64,000 bases of DNA. Origin: Verrucomicrobiota bacterium. GTDB lineage: Bacteria > Verrucomicrobiota > Verrucomicrobiia > Limisphaerales > Palsa-1400. The DNA is taken from assembly GCA_049517295.1 (NCBI GenBank), contig JBEKSF010000014.1:73-64072 (forward strand), read 5' to 3'. Both the position numbers and the translations under genes were made by a program. Of the stretch, positions 1 to 10,162 are shown piece by piece (position 1 is the first letter of the stretch; each line of letters starts with the position of its first letter). The notes beneath the pieces were generated by a model. It saw only the letters and a program-made list of their open reading frames with translations, made no database searches and was not told the origin of the DNA.

Positions 1-2
1 AC

Positions 3-902
3 CAGGGCAACAAAGCTCCGGGCATTCAGAACGACGGAACGGAGGTTTCCTACAGCCCTTATGAAGTGTATCGCTGCTGCCAGCACAACGTTTCGCACGG
101 CTGGCCTTATTACGCCGAGGAACTCTGGCTGGCCACGCCCGACAACGGCCTGTGCGCCTCGCTTTACGCTGAAAGCGGCGTGAGCGCGAGAGTGGGCGAC
201 GGCACCATGGCCAGGATCGAGGAGGGGACAGATTACCCGTTCGCGGAATCGGTCAGTTTTAGGGTTGACATTGGCAAAGCCACGGGGTTTCCCCTCTACC
301 TGCGGGTGCCCCGCTGGTGCGGCGCGGCCTCAGTGAGCATCAATGGGGAGGACGCAGGCGTGAAACCCGCGCCGCTGAGCTTCGTTCGCGTGGCGCGTCT
401 TTGGCACAACGGCGACCGGGTCACGTTGCGGCTTCCGATGAGCGTGGCGGTCCGCCGGTGGCCCAGGAACCAGAATGCCGCGTCGGTCGATTACGGTCCG
501 TTGAGCTTCTCATTGGCGATCAAGGAGCGCTTCCAAAAGTATGGCGACCGCGATCCGCGGTGGCCGCAGTGGGAGGTGTATCCAGACTCCCCGTGGAATT
601 ACGGACTTGTGCTTGACTCGGACAATCCAGCGTCGTCTTTTCAGGTCCGCCTGAAGACCGGCCGGCTGGCGCCGCAACCCTTCACGCCGGAAACCGCGCC
701 GATAGAGATCAAGGCCAAGGCCCGTCTCATCCCCCAGTGGCAGGCCGACGCCAACCATCTTGTGGGCAAACTCCACCCCAGCCCGGTCAAGTCCGCCGAA
801 GCGGTGGAGGAGATCACGCTCATTCCCATGGGCGCGGCCCGTCTGCGCGTGTCGATGTTCCCGGTCATCGGGTCAGGACCCGGCGCGCGCGACTGGCAGT
901 GA
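3..902 (+). CDS. Glycoside hydrolase, GH127/GH146-like beta-L-arabinofuranosidase (DUF1680-type), C-terminal part. The 5' end lies outside the window.
   Basis: The frame is open from the window edge (…SPYEVYRCCQHNVSHGWPYY…). The double-Cys CCxxN motif is the Zn/cysteine signature I associate with GH127-type enzymes. It sits in an arabinose utilisation neighbourhood. The listed ORF start at 66 (GTG) is probably internal. Confidence 0.5.
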   Translation, partial: QGNKAPGIQNDGTEVSYSPYEVYRCCQHNVSHGWPYYAEELWLATPDNGLCASLYAESGVSARVGDGTMARIEEGTDYPFAESVSFRVDIGKATGFPLYLRVPRWCGAASVSINGEDAGVKPAPLSFVRVARLWHNGDRVTLRLPMSVAVRRWPRNQNAASVDYGPLSFSLAIKERFQKYGDRDPRWPQWEVYPDSPWNYGLVLDSDNPASSFQVRLKTGRLAPQPFTPETAPIEIKAKARLIPQWQADANHLVGKLHPSPVKSAEAVEEITLIPMGAARLRVSMFPVIGSGPGARDWQ

Positions 903-910
903 AGTCAATA

Positions 911-2389
911 CTAAATATGCCAGCCTTTGCGGAAGGCGGGGTGAACGAATTCCGCCGTCTCGGGCGCGTTCCTGGCCCGCATGTTTGGCCCGTCCCATTC
1001 CAGCTTCCTGCCGGCGCGCATGGCCACGCAGCCCAGGAGGATGATTTCGGTGAGGTAGGCCGCGATGTCGAAATTGGAATAGCCCGGCGCGCCGCCTTTG
1101 CAAGCGGCGATCCACTCTTGATGGTGGGCCACGCCGCTGTTGGTCCCTGGAGCTGACATGAACGGGTTGCGCGGGATGGTTTGCGGAACGGCGGTGGCGG
1201 CTTGGTGAGTTGCGCCACTGGTAAATTCCTTCTCATCCTTCAACTTAAGGTAGAACCGGGTGCCATAGTCATCGGGAGAAAAGATCTGTCCCTTGTCGCC
1301 CAGGATCAGGCAGCCGCTGCGGGGAATCTGGTTGCGGATGGTCAGTATGTCCGCCGTCACTTCGGGCGGCGGTTTGTTGTTGCCGTCGTGAAAGGGCCTT
1401 TGGGTGGCATTGGGGACGCGGTTGCCGCCGTCATACCAGCGGAAGCTGACAGGGGCCAAACCTTCGCGCGCCGGAAATTGAAACCGGATTCTGGATTTGA
1501 TGGGATAGGAGTCTTTGGTCAGATCGACGGTTTCGGCCTCGATTTCAGTGGGATAGCCGAGTTTGAGGGCGCGGAAAGGGAGGTTGACGGTGTGACAGGC
1601 CATGTCACCCAAGGCGCCGGTTCCGAAGTCGATCCATCCGCGCCAATTGAAGGGGTGGTAAGCGTTATTGCCGAGGTAGAGGCCCTTGTAAGGGCGCTGC
1701 GGAGCCGGGCCGAGCCACAAATCCCAATCAAGGCCCTCGGGGACAGGATCGGAATCGGTGGGCCGTTGGAGGCCTTGCGGCCAGATGGGCCTGTTGCTCC
1801 AGACATGAACGTCGGTCACTTGGCCGATAATGCCGGCCTGAATGACTTCGACGGCGCGGCGGAGGCCGTTTTCGGCGCTTCCTTGATTGCCCATTTGCGT
1901 GGCGACATTGGTTTTGGCGGCCAGGTGGCGCAGCAGCCGGGCTTCGTACACGGAGTGAGTGAGGGGTTTCTGGACATAGACGTGTTTTCCAAGCTTCATC
2001 GCCGTGGCGGCAATATAGGCATGCAGGTGGTCTGGCACGGCGATGTTGAGGGCATCCAGAGACTTTTCCTTATCCAGCATCTGACGGAAGTCCTGATAGT
2101 AAACCGCCTTCGGGTAACGTTCCCGGACACGGCTGCCGACCTTCTGGTCCGCGTCGCACAGGGCGACGATGTTTTCCCCGGCGCAGCATTCGGCGTCGCT
2201 CGCGCCCTGTCCGGCGAAACCGACGATGGCGATGTTGAGTTTTTCGTTCGCGGACACCACGCGCGGCCGGGATCGCGGGGCAACGCATCCGCCCGCCGCC
2301 GCGCCGCCGGCCGCAACGGCGGAGAGAAAAATGAACTTGCGGCGGGACAATCCGTAGCGGGATGGGCGGTCGGAGTCGATTGGCATCAT
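911..2389 (-). CDS. Gfo/Idh/MocA-family NAD-dependent oxidoreductase with a twin-arginine (Tat) signal (GH109-like architecture)
   Basis: The N-terminus MMPIDSDRPSRYGLSRRKFIFLSAVAAGGAAAGGC carries the SRRxF Tat motif. It is followed by a Rossmann LNIAIVGFAGQG segment and a typical Gfo/Idh/MocA body. Start chosen at the ATG-ATG at 2389 rather than the ORF-track 2533, whose upstream part is Arg/Pro junk. Confidence 0.8.
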   Translation of the reverse strand: MMPIDSDRPSRYGLSRRKFIFLSAVAAGGAAAGGCVAPRSRPRVVSANEKLNIAIVGFAGQGASDAECCAGENIVALCDADQKVGSRVRERYPKAVYYQDFRQMLDKEKSLDALNIAVPDHLHAYIAATAMKLGKHVYVQKPLTHSVYEARLLRHLAAKTNVATQMGNQGSAENGLRRAVEVIQAGIIGQVTDVHVWSNRPIWPQGLQRPTDSDPVPEGLDWDLWLGPAPQRPYKGLYLGNNAYHPFNWRGWIDFGTGALGDMACHTVNLPFRALKLGYPTEIEAETVDLTKDSYPIKSRIRFQFPAREGLAPVSFRWYDGGNRVPNATQRPFHDGNNKPPPEVTADILTIRNQIPRSGCLILGDKGQIFSPDDYGTRFYLKLKDEKEFTSGATHQAATAVPQTIPRNPFMSAPGTNSGVAHHQEWIAACKGGAPGYSNFDIAAYLTEIILLGCVAMRAGRKLEWDGPNMRARNAPETAEFVHPAFRKGWHI

Positions 2390-2466
2390 GGGTGTGTGTT
2401 TACTGGATTGACGGTAGTTGTTCAATGATGTTGTTGCGATGCGATCGGGTGACTTTCGTCGCGTTG

Positions 2467-3222
2467 TCAATCGGCGATAACGGCGCCGTCGCGCAGTTCG
2501 GCGGTCAGGTTGAGCGCGTTGCGGCGGAGGCACCAGGGGACATCGTCGCGCAAGGCGGGGTTTTCCAGGAGGCGGCGGGCGTTGCGGGAGCAGGAAAGGG
2601 CGGCGTCCAGATTGCTTTCGGCGGCGAGATAGAGCTGACGGGCGATCAGGGCGGAATCGGCAATGCGGGCGTGCTCAAAGCGTTTCCAAACGGCGTGACA
2701 TAACGCTCCCGCAGCCAGAGTGTCCTCGTAAGCGGCTTCCTCGAATGTTCCGGCGCAAACCAGCAGCAAGCGCGCGGGGCGCTCGGTTTCCAAGCGGCGG
2801 GCCAGCGCGGCGAGGTTCAAAAGAGCGCCGGCAAAAATGCGGCGCGCGCCCTGGCAGGCCTGCAAGGCGCGGGTGCCGTTGGTCGTGGTCATAATGATTT
2901 CCCGGCCCGCCACGCGGCCGGGGGTGAATTCGCGGGGGGAATTGCCCAGGTCAAAATCCACGCCGCCGGTCTGCGCCGAGAGGATGCGCACGCCGTCGCG
3001 TTCACCGGCGAGCAAGGCGGACGGATGAGCGCGGCGCAATTGCAGGGCCTGGGAAATCTCGCGCACGGGATAAATGCGGGTGGCGCCGTTGGCCAGCGCG
3101 GTGAGCATGGTGCTGGTGGCGCGCAGGACGTCAAAAACCACGCAGACGACGTCCGGCAGGTCGCGCGGTTGCAGCGCGGCGAATTCCGCCGGGGTAAGGA
3201 GGACTTCCAGGTCTGAATCCAT
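2467..3222 (-). CDS. 2-phosphosulfolactate phosphatase (ComB) family protein
   Basis: Motif VVFDVLRATSTMLTALANGA is characteristic of the ComB family and the length (~251 aa) fits. Start ATG at 3222 (MDSDLEV…) lies 11 nt after the upstream gene's stop. Confidence 0.65.
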   Translation of the reverse strand: MDSDLEVLLTPAEFAALQPRDLPDVVCVVFDVLRATSTMLTALANGATRIYPVREISQALQLRRAHPSALLAGERDGVRILSAQTGGVDFDLGNSPREFTPGRVAGREIIMTTTNGTRALQACQGARRIFAGALLNLAALARRLETERPARLLLVCAGTFEEAAYEDTLAAGALCHAVWKRFEHARIADSALIARQLYLAAESNLDAALSCSRNARRLLENPALRDDVPWCLRRNALNLTAELRDGAVIAD

Positions 3223-3233
3223 CGCCGGGAAGA

Positions 3234-4691
3234 TTACGGTCGCGGGGCGGCGGTTCCAAGGGAGGATTTGACGCGGAGCAGGGCGCACCCGTGGGGGGGC
3301 AATTCGGCGGTGAAGCGTTCCTGTATTCCCAAGTCGCGATGCAGCCACAGGTCGCGGACTTGAGGCGGCTGCAAGAAACCCAGGTGACGCCAGGGGACAT
3401 CGAGGCGGACGGAAGTGTTGGTGCGATTAAAGAAGCCGACAGCGCAGGCGCCGTCGTCCAATTGCTTGAGCCAAGTTTCGGCGGGGACGGGCGGGCCGTA
3501 CATGCGGCGGGCGCAACGGCCCAGCGAGTCCTGATCGATGGCCAGCACTTCGGGATTGGTCAGGAGATCGGTTGTCCAGGGGTCGTTGTCGGGGAGATTC
3601 ATGCCGAGCATAAGGGGTGAGGAAGCGAGGGACCAGAGGGACATGAGGGTTTGTTGTTCGTCGTGGGTGAAGCGGGTCCAGCGATCGGGTTTGACGTCGC
3701 AATTGCGCAGGCAGAGGTGGCCGAAGGGAATCATGTCGCCGTCGGGCCAATGGCCGGGTCCAGCGTCGGGCGCCCAAGCGGCGAACAAGTCGAAATTGCG
3801 GTTGAGCGCGGGCCAATTGTCCCAGAAGTCACCGGAGATGCGCCAGAGGTTGGCGAATAGTTTGAGGTGCCGCGAGCAATTGAGCGGGGCCGGTCCGGGC
3901 GAAAGGCTCAGGATTATAGGGCGTCCGCAGTTGGCGAGCGCCCGCGAGAGGGCCTCGATCTCCGCCGCCGCATAACCGCGGCCGCGACCCAAGAAGCAGA
4001 TGTCATCGCATTTGATGTAGTCCACGCCCCAGGAGGCGTATTGGCGGGCGATGCTGGCGTACCAGGCCATGCCGGCGGGCGAATCGCCATCAACGCCGAA
4101 CATGTCGCGGTTCCATGCGCAGGCGCGGTTGGGGTCGTCAGTTGGCAACACGGCGTCCGCGGCCTTGAAGGAGGAGTCTGCGATGGGCATGTTATCCTCG
4201 ACAGCGCGGCGGGGAATCCCGCGCATGATGTGGATGCCCAATTTCAAACCCATCGCGTGCAAGCGGTCGGCCAGCGGTTGGAAGCCGTTTCCGCCCGAGG
4301 CGGACGGAAAGCGATTGGTCGCGGGAACGCAGCGGCCAAACTGGTCGATCGTCACTCCCTCCGGGTCCTGCGGTCGAATTCCGTCGGCCTTGCTGTCGTA
4401 CCATCGGAAGTCAACGACGACAAAGTTCCAGCCGAACCTAAGCAGATGATCCCGCATCCAAAGGGCGTTGGAGAGCACTTCGGATTCGACGACGGCATCG
4501 CCAAAGGCGTCGTAACTATTCCACCCCATCGGCGGGACGGCGGCGGTGGCGCCGTTTTTCGAGCCAGGGATGAGGGGTTCCTCATGTATGGCGAGATTTG
4601 TGGGTGGCAGGAGACCTTGTCCACGCAGGCAAGCCAGGGTCAAGGACAAGATCGCTGCCGTGGAGAACAGGGCTGAGTTTTTATGGGCCAT
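3234..4691 (-). CDS. Secreted GH27 glycosidase (alpha-galactosidase / beta-L-arabinopyranosidase type)
   Basis: There is an N-terminal signal peptide. PPMGWNSYDAF matches the GH27 N-terminal motif and YIKCDDIC matches the KxDxC nucleophile region. Confidence 0.75.
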   Translation of the reverse strand: MAHKNSALFSTAAILSLTLACLRGQGLLPPTNLAIHEEPLIPGSKNGATAAVPPMGWNSYDAFGDAVVESEVLSNALWMRDHLLRFGWNFVVVDFRWYDSKADGIRPQDPEGVTIDQFGRCVPATNRFPSASGGNGFQPLADRLHAMGLKLGIHIMRGIPRRAVEDNMPIADSSFKAADAVLPTDDPNRACAWNRDMFGVDGDSPAGMAWYASIARQYASWGVDYIKCDDICFLGRGRGYAAAEIEALSRALANCGRPIILSLSPGPAPLNCSRHLKLFANLWRISGDFWDNWPALNRNFDLFAAWAPDAGPGHWPDGDMIPFGHLCLRNCDVKPDRWTRFTHDEQQTLMSLWSLASSPLMLGMNLPDNDPWTTDLLTNPEVLAIDQDSLGRCARRMYGPPVPAETWLKQLDDGACAVGFFNRTNTSVRLDVPWRHLGFLQPPQVRDLWLHRDLGIQERFTAELPPHGCALLRVKSSLGTAAPRP

Positions 4692-4745
4692 AAATGGCAG
4701 GGCTGGCGCACTATGGCGCCAGAGACCTTGCTGGCAAAAGTCGAT

Positions 4746-6572
4746 TTACCAGAACTTGATGTAGAAGAAGACGATGGCGCCAACCACAATGAGGGAGAGC
4801 ACGACATCCCTGCCATTCCAACTGGCGCGAGTGGCGGCTTTTTCCTCCGGCGTGGCGCCGTACCAGGAGAATTTGAGCACCTTGGCATCCGGCGCGGTGG
4901 TCATGAAGCTGACAATGACCATAATGGCGGCAGTGATCACGAAGAGGGCCTGACAATAGTACCACTGGTGAATATTCCAAAAATCGAACAGGAGGCCGAA
5001 TTTTGCCTTGATGGGGGCGATACCCGTATTGAATTGGTCCAAGGTGATGGCGCCATGATAGAGCTGCCGTTTGAGATTGGCGACTGTCTCGCCGTCATTG
5101 CGCATGACGATGTCGGCAGCGAGCTTGGCGAAGCCGCCCACCACGCCGATGACGAAGGACCAGAGGGCGGCGGGGGCGGTGGCGCGTTTCCAGAACACGC
5201 CGGCCAGGAAGAGCACGGCGATGGCGGGCGAAAGGTAGCCCTGGACGTTCTGGAGGTAGTTGTAAAGATTGGAGTGGAGGCCCTTGATCACCAGGACCCA
5301 GCAGATGCCGATGAAGACAATCGCAGCCGTGGCGATGCGGCCCACAATGACCTCGGTGCGGCCGGAGGCATTGGGATACCATTCGCGATAGAAATCCATC
5401 GTGAAGAGAGTTGCGGAGGCGTTAAACTTGGAACCGAGCGAAGCCATGAGGGCGACGATCATGCCGCAAGCGACCATGCCCCGAAGGCCGTGGGGCAGGA
5501 TTTGGGCCACGAGGGAGGTATAGGCTTGGTCGCCGTTGGTATTGAAACCGGCGGACGGCATCTTGGTGAGCGCAAAAGCGATCATGCCCGGCACCAGGAA
5601 GATGAAGACGGGGGTGAGTTTGAAGAAGCCGGCAAGAATGCAACCGCGGCGGGATTCCTGCTCGTTTTTGCCGGCGAGCACGCGCTGGACGATGTACTGG
5701 TCAGTACACCAGTACCAGAAGCCGATGATGGCCGAGGCGGGCAGGACCGCCAGCCAAGGATAATCGGGATCGTGGATGGAGCGGACGAGATGAACATTGT
5801 CACCGACGGTGGCGATCATGGTCTTCCAGCCGTCGATGAGGCTGCCATGGCCCAGGACGTGAAGACCCATGTAGAGAATGCAGGCGGAACCGAAAATGAG
5901 GACCGGGGCCTGGAGGACGGCGGTGTACATGATAACGCGCATGCCGCCGAAAATGGTGTAAAGGCCGGTGGTGAAGGCCAGCCCCAGCGCAATGGCCCAG
6001 AAGACGTCCAGCTTGAGTCCGAAAATATTCACGGTGTCCACGTTCAAAAGGGTGCGAACGACGACATCGCCGGCGTAGATGGTGGCGGCGATTTTGGTAA
6101 GCACCAGGCTGGCCATGGTAAGCAAACTCAAGACATTGCGGGAGCCGCGGCTGAAGCGCAGTTCAAGGTATTCCGGCATGGTGAAGACCTTCATGCGGTC
6201 GTAAAGCGGTACGAAGGCCCAGCCCAAGAGGAGGATGACCCAGCCGTGCATTTCCCAGTGGGCCATAGCCATGCCGGTGAGGAAGCCCGCGCCAGCCAGA
6301 CCGACGAGGTGTTCGGAGCCGATGTTGGAAGAAAAGATCGAAGACCCAATCTGCAGCCAGTTGGCGTCGCGTCCGGACAGGAAGTAGTCCTTGCCGGACT
6401 CATTTTTCTTGAGCATGGAGTACCAGACGGTCGCCACCATGCCGAGAGCGAAGAGAACGATGACAAACCAGTCAAGTGAATCGAACACCGTGCCTTGATG
6501 GGCGGCCGAAGCGACGGCGGCAACGGCGTTGGTGGCGGTGTTTACAACGGCATTGGTAGCGGTGTTTTCCAT
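4746..6572 (-). CDS. Sodium:solute symporter (SSS/SGLT family) sugar transporter
   Basis: 608-aa polytopic protein with SSS hallmarks (…DYFLSGRD…WLQIGSSIFSSNIGSEHLVGLAG…). It sits between galM and the GH27 gene. Confidence 0.85.
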   Translation of the reverse strand: MENTATNAVVNTATNAVAAVASAAHQGTVFDSLDWFVIVLFALGMVATVWYSMLKKNESGKDYFLSGRDANWLQIGSSIFSSNIGSEHLVGLAGAGFLTGMAMAHWEMHGWVILLLGWAFVPLYDRMKVFTMPEYLELRFSRGSRNVLSLLTMASLVLTKIAATIYAGDVVVRTLLNVDTVNIFGLKLDVFWAIALGLAFTTGLYTIFGGMRVIMYTAVLQAPVLIFGSACILYMGLHVLGHGSLIDGWKTMIATVGDNVHLVRSIHDPDYPWLAVLPASAIIGFWYWCTDQYIVQRVLAGKNEQESRRGCILAGFFKLTPVFIFLVPGMIAFALTKMPSAGFNTNGDQAYTSLVAQILPHGLRGMVACGMIVALMASLGSKFNASATLFTMDFYREWYPNASGRTEVIVGRIATAAIVFIGICWVLVIKGLHSNLYNYLQNVQGYLSPAIAVLFLAGVFWKRATAPAALWSFVIGVVGGFAKLAADIVMRNDGETVANLKRQLYHGAITLDQFNTGIAPIKAKFGLLFDFWNIHQWYYCQALFVITAAIMVIVSFMTTAPDAKVLKFSWYGATPEEKAATRASWNGRDVVLSLIVVGAIVFFYIKFW

Positions 6573-6611
6573 AGGATGAGCTGGCGGGTTGAATGACTCA
6601 GGTTTTGAGGG

Positions 6612-7757
6612 TCATGGTTGGACGGAAAACTTGTAAATGATGGTGCTGTGGTAGGTTTGGCCGGGTTTCAATTCCGTGGTGGGGAACTCCGGCTTGTTGG
6701 GGGAATCCGGGAAGCGCTGGGGTTCCATGCAAAAGGCGTTGCGATGCCCGTAAACGCGCCCACCCTTGCCGGTGATCGTGCCGTCGAGGAAATTGCCCGA
6801 ATAGAACTGCAAGCCCGGCTGGGTGGACCACACTTCCAACACGCGGCCGGTGGTGGGTTCGGTGACGCGGGCCAGCATGGTGAGGTCGCCGATTTTTTTG
6901 TTGAACACCCAATTGTGATCGTAGCCTTTGCCAAACTTCAGTTGCTCGTTGTCCTGGCCGATGCGGGCGCCGATGGCGGTGGGGGTGCGGAAGTCAAAGG
7001 GGGTGTTTTCCACCGGGCTCAACTCACCGGTCGGAATCAAGGTGGAGTCCACCGGCGTGAAGCGGTCGGCGGGCATCATGACGATGTGGCCGAGGATGTC
7101 GCCCTTGCCGGCGAGGTTGAAATAGGAATGGTCGGTGAGGTTGACAACGGTGTCTTTGTCGGTCTGGGCGGTGAACTCGATGCGGATTTCGTTTTTATCG
7201 GTCAGAGTGTAGGTTGCCGTGACATCCAGGTTGCCGGGGAAGCCCTCTTCGCCATCCTTGCTGAGGTAGGTGAGCTTGAGGCTGGGACCATGCGGGCCTT
7301 CCATTGGAGTGGCGGTCCAAATATGCTTGTCAAAACCTTTGATGCCGCCGTGGAGGGTGTTGGGGCCGTCGTTGGCGGGGAGGGTGTAAGTCGTGCCATC
7401 GAGCGTGAATTTGGCGCCGCCGATGCGGTTGCCATAACGACCGATGAGCGCTCCAAAATAAGGGCTGCTCTTGATGTAGGAAGCCACGTCATCGTAGCCG
7501 AGCACGACATCGTCGAACTGGCCGTTTTTGTCCGGCATTTTGAGGGAGAGCATGATGCCGCCGTAGGTCATGATGCGGGCCTCGGCCCCTTTGTCGTTGC
7601 GCAGGGTGTAGAGGTCCACTGGCTGGCCGTCGGGGCCGGTGCCGAAGGGCTGTTGCTCAATGTGACTTGTGTTCGCGCTTTGACTGGCGCAACCGGCCAG
7701 CAGGCAGGCGGCGGCGGCGATGGCGAGCATCGATGGGATCAATGTTTTGTTATTCAT
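6612..7757 (-). CDS. galM: Aldose 1-epimerase (galactose mutarotase), lipoprotein form
   Basis: Lipobox LLAGC. Mutarotase motifs are present: GNRIGGAKFTLDG, NTLHGG and HSYFNL. Confidence 0.85.
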   Translation of the reverse strand: MNNKTLIPSMLAIAAAACLLAGCASQSANTSHIEQQPFGTGPDGQPVDLYTLRNDKGAEARIMTYGGIMLSLKMPDKNGQFDDVVLGYDDVASYIKSSPYFGALIGRYGNRIGGAKFTLDGTTYTLPANDGPNTLHGGIKGFDKHIWTATPMEGPHGPSLKLTYLSKDGEEGFPGNLDVTATYTLTDKNEIRIEFTAQTDKDTVVNLTDHSYFNLAGKGDILGHIVMMPADRFTPVDSTLIPTGELSPVENTPFDFRTPTAIGARIGQDNEQLKFGKGYDHNWVFNKKIGDLTMLARVTEPTTGRVLEVWSTQPGLQFYSGNFLDGTITGKGGRVYGHRNAFCMEPQRFPDSPNKPEFPTTELKPGQTYHSTIIYKFSVQP

Positions 7758-7775
7758 ATATTTGTTGCGAGGCGA

Positions 7776-8492
7776 TCAGCCGCCGGGAGGCTGTCCATAA
7801 TAAGCGCCGGGGCCGTGTTTGCGGAAAAAATGCGTGTCCAGCAGGGGCGAGGAAATCGGTTTGACGTTGTGGTTGAGGGCGACGGTTTCGGAGGCCAACC
7901 GGGCGATGAATTCCAACACGGCGGCGTTGTGAGCCGCCTGGGCGGCGTTGGGGCCCCAGGCGAAGGGGCCGTGATGGGCGACCAAAACGCCAGGATTCAG
8001 CAGCGGGTCCAACCCCTTGAACCGCTCGACGATGACGCGGCCGGTGTTCAACTCGTAGGAGGAATTGATTTCCGGGGCCGTCATGGAGCGCGTGCAGGGG
8101 ACTTCGCCGTGAAAGTAATCGGCGTGGGTGGTGCCCAGGGCGGGGATGCTCCTGGCGGCCTGCGCCCAGGCGGTGGCGTAAAGACTGTGGGTGTGAACAA
8201 TGCCGCCGATGGCCGGAAAGGCGCGGTAAAGCTCCAGGTGCGTGGGCGTGTCCGAACTGGGCTTGAGAGTGCCTTCCACGACTTTTCCACTGTCCAGCGC
8301 CACGACGACCATGTGGGCCGATTTCATGCCCGCGTAGGGAACGCCGGAGGCTTTGATGACCACCAAGCCGCGGGCGCGATCGATGCCGCTGGCGTTGCCC
8401 CAAGTCTGCACGACCAACCCTTCCTTGACGAGGTCAAGGTTGGCGCGGCAAACGTTTTTTTTGAGCGGTTCCAGCATGTGAGCCGGGGTCAC
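7776..8492 (-). CDS. araD: L-ribulose-5-phosphate 4-epimerase
   Basis: Class II aldolase/AraD motifs: TWGNASGIDR, VIKASGVPY, HTHS. A GTG at 8492 overlaps the araB stop (GTGA). The alternative ATG at 8477 gives MLEPLKK…. Confidence 0.9.
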   Translation of the reverse strand: MTPAHMLEPLKKNVCRANLDLVKEGLVVQTWGNASGIDRARGLVVIKASGVPYAGMKSAHMVVVALDSGKVVEGTLKPSSDTPTHLELYRAFPAIGGIVHTHSLYATAWAQAARSIPALGTTHADYFHGEVPCTRSMTAPEINSSYELNTGRVIVERFKGLDPLLNPGVLVAHHGPFAWGPNAAQAAHNAAVLEFIARLASETVALNHNVKPISSPLLDTHFFRKHGPGAYYGQPPGG

Positions 8493-10162
8493 GCGCGCGC
8501 GCGATTGCGGATGTCAATCAGTTGTTTCATCACCGGATACAAGCTGCCTTCCCACTGAGCGGTTCCGAACGCGTCATGCAAAATGGTGTAGAGCGCGTAC
8601 AACTCCCCGTAAACGGCGTGGGCCGCCGGGTCGGGCTGGAAGAGGCGCGGTTTTAAGCCGGTCATGGCGGCAATGGCGGATGGGAAATCGGGGTGCGCGC
8701 CCGCGACGACGGCTGCGGCGACCGCGGCGCCCAACGCGCAGGTCTGGGCCGAGCGGGAGACTTTCATCGGGCGGCCGGTGACGTCGGCGTAAATCTGCAT
8801 GACGAGGGGGTTTTTTTCGGCAATCCCGCCGCAGTTGACGACCTGTTGGATTTTGACGCCGTATTGCTCGAAACGATTGATGATGGTCAGCGCGCCGAAA
8901 GCGGTGGCTTCGATGAGCGCGCGGTAAATCTCCGGCGGGGTGGTGTAAAGGGTCTGCCCCAAGAGAAGGCCGGTCAGGCGCTGATCGACGAGCACGGTGC
9001 GGTTGCCATTGTTCCAATCCAGCGCGATCAAGCCGGACTCTCCGGGGCGCAGGCGCGCGGCGCCCTTGGTCAGCGCGGCGTGCGAGCCGGCGGTTTTGCC
9101 GCCGGGCTGGATATAATTGACAAACCAGTTGAAGATATCGCCTACCGCCGATTGGCCGGCCTCCAACCCGTAACAATCGGGCAGGACGCTGCCCGGCACA
9201 ATGCCGCACAGGCCCGGGATGTCCGGCAGCTTCTCCCGCAGCGGCCAGACGGCGATGTCGCAGGTGCTGGTGCCGATGATTTTGACAAGCGTGCCTGGGG
9301 CAACGCCCGCGCCAATGGCGCCCAGGTGGGCGTCGAACGCGCCGACGGCCACGGGGATGCCTTCGCGCAGGCCGGTGAGCCGGGACCATTGGGTGGAAAG
9401 GCCGCCAACGGAGGAACTGACATCGCGCGCTTTGGCGCACAGCCGCGTCCGCAGCGCGCCCAGCTTGGGCGCCAGCGCGGACAAAAACTCCTGGTCCGGG
9501 TATCCGCCCCAGCTCTCGTTATACATCGCCTTGTGGCCGGCGGCGCATACGCCCGCGATGAACTTTCCGCCTTCGGCGCCGGTCAATGCGGCGGGGATGT
9601 AATCGGCCAGTTCGACCCACGAGGCGGCGGCGTCGAATACGGCGGGATTGGTGCGCAGGCAATGGAGGATTTTGCTGAAAAACCACTCGCTGGAATACGT
9701 CCCGCCGCATTTGGCGAGGTACTGCGGACGCATTTTTTTCGCCAGCGCGGTGATTTCCTCCGCCTCGGCCACGCCGGTGTGATCCTTCCAGAGCCAGGCC
9801 ATGGCGGCCGGGTTTTTGGCGAAACGGCGGTCAAAGGCCAGGGGCTGGCCGCGCCCATCGACCGGCAAGGGGGTGCTGCCGGTGGTATCGACGCCGACGC
9901 CGGCGACTTGCTCGGGTTTGAAGCCGCGGACTTTTTTGCGCGCGGCCGCCAAGGCCCGTTGGAGGGTGATCTCCGCCCCTTTGATATAATCGGCCGGATG
10001 CTGGCGGGCGAGGTTGGGGTCGCGGGACAGGATGACGCCGGCGTCGCCATGCTCGTAATTCCACACCGCGGTGGCGACTTCGCGGCCATTGGACGTATCG
10101 ACGATGAGAGTGCGGACGGAGTTGGTGCCGTAGTCGAGTCCAATGGTGTAGGAGGGAGTCAT
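8489..10162 (-). CDS. araB: Ribulokinase (FGGY family)
   Basis: The N-terminus [13 protein letters not shown] is the FGGY phosphate-1 motif. The 557-aa length is typical of AraB. There is an ATGA overlap with the araA stop. Confidence 0.9.
   Translation of the reverse strand: MTPSYTIGLDYGTNSVRTLIVDTSNGREVATAVWNYEHGDAGVILSRDPNLARQHPADYIKGAEITLQRALAAARKKVRGFKPEQVAGVGVDTTGSTPLPVDGRGQPLAFDRRFAKNPAAMAWLWKDHTGVAEAEEITALAKKMRPQYLAKCGGTYSSEWFFSKILHCLRTNPAVFDAAASWVELADYIPAALTGAEGGKFIAGVCAAGHKAMYNESWGGYPDQEFLSALAPKLGALRTRLCAKARDVSSSVGGLSTQWSRLTGLREGIPVAVGAFDAHLGAIGAGVAPGTLVKIIGTSTCDIAVWPLREKLPDIPGLCGIVPGSVLPDCYGLEAGQSAVGDIFNWFVNYIQPGGKTAGSHAALTKGAARLRPGESGLIALDWNNGNRTVLVDQRLTGLLLGQTLYTTPPEIYRALIEATAFGALTIINRFEQYGVKIQQVVNCGGIAEKNPLVMQIYADVTGRPMKVSRSAQTCALGAAVAAAVVAGAHPDFPSAIAAMTGLKPRLFQPDPAAHAVYGELYALYTILHDAFGTAQWEGSLYPVMKQLIDIRNRARA

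Noticed and set aside
1181-2428. Long ORFs antisense to, or out of frame with, the called genes. Examples: 1181-2428(+), 4683-6479(+), 6618-8558(+), 8693-10189(+), 10324-11535(+), 14195-15676(+), 16511-17776(+), 23690-24502(-), 26101-27273(+), 32566-33912(+), 40299-41447(-), 50633-52069(+), 52941-54203(+), 56790-57896(-), 60872-61915(-).
   Set aside because: Their translations are Arg/Gly/Ala/Pro-rich low-information strings with no motifs. Each lies opposite an ORF with unambiguous family motifs. This is the expected shadow-ORF behaviour of high-GC DNA.
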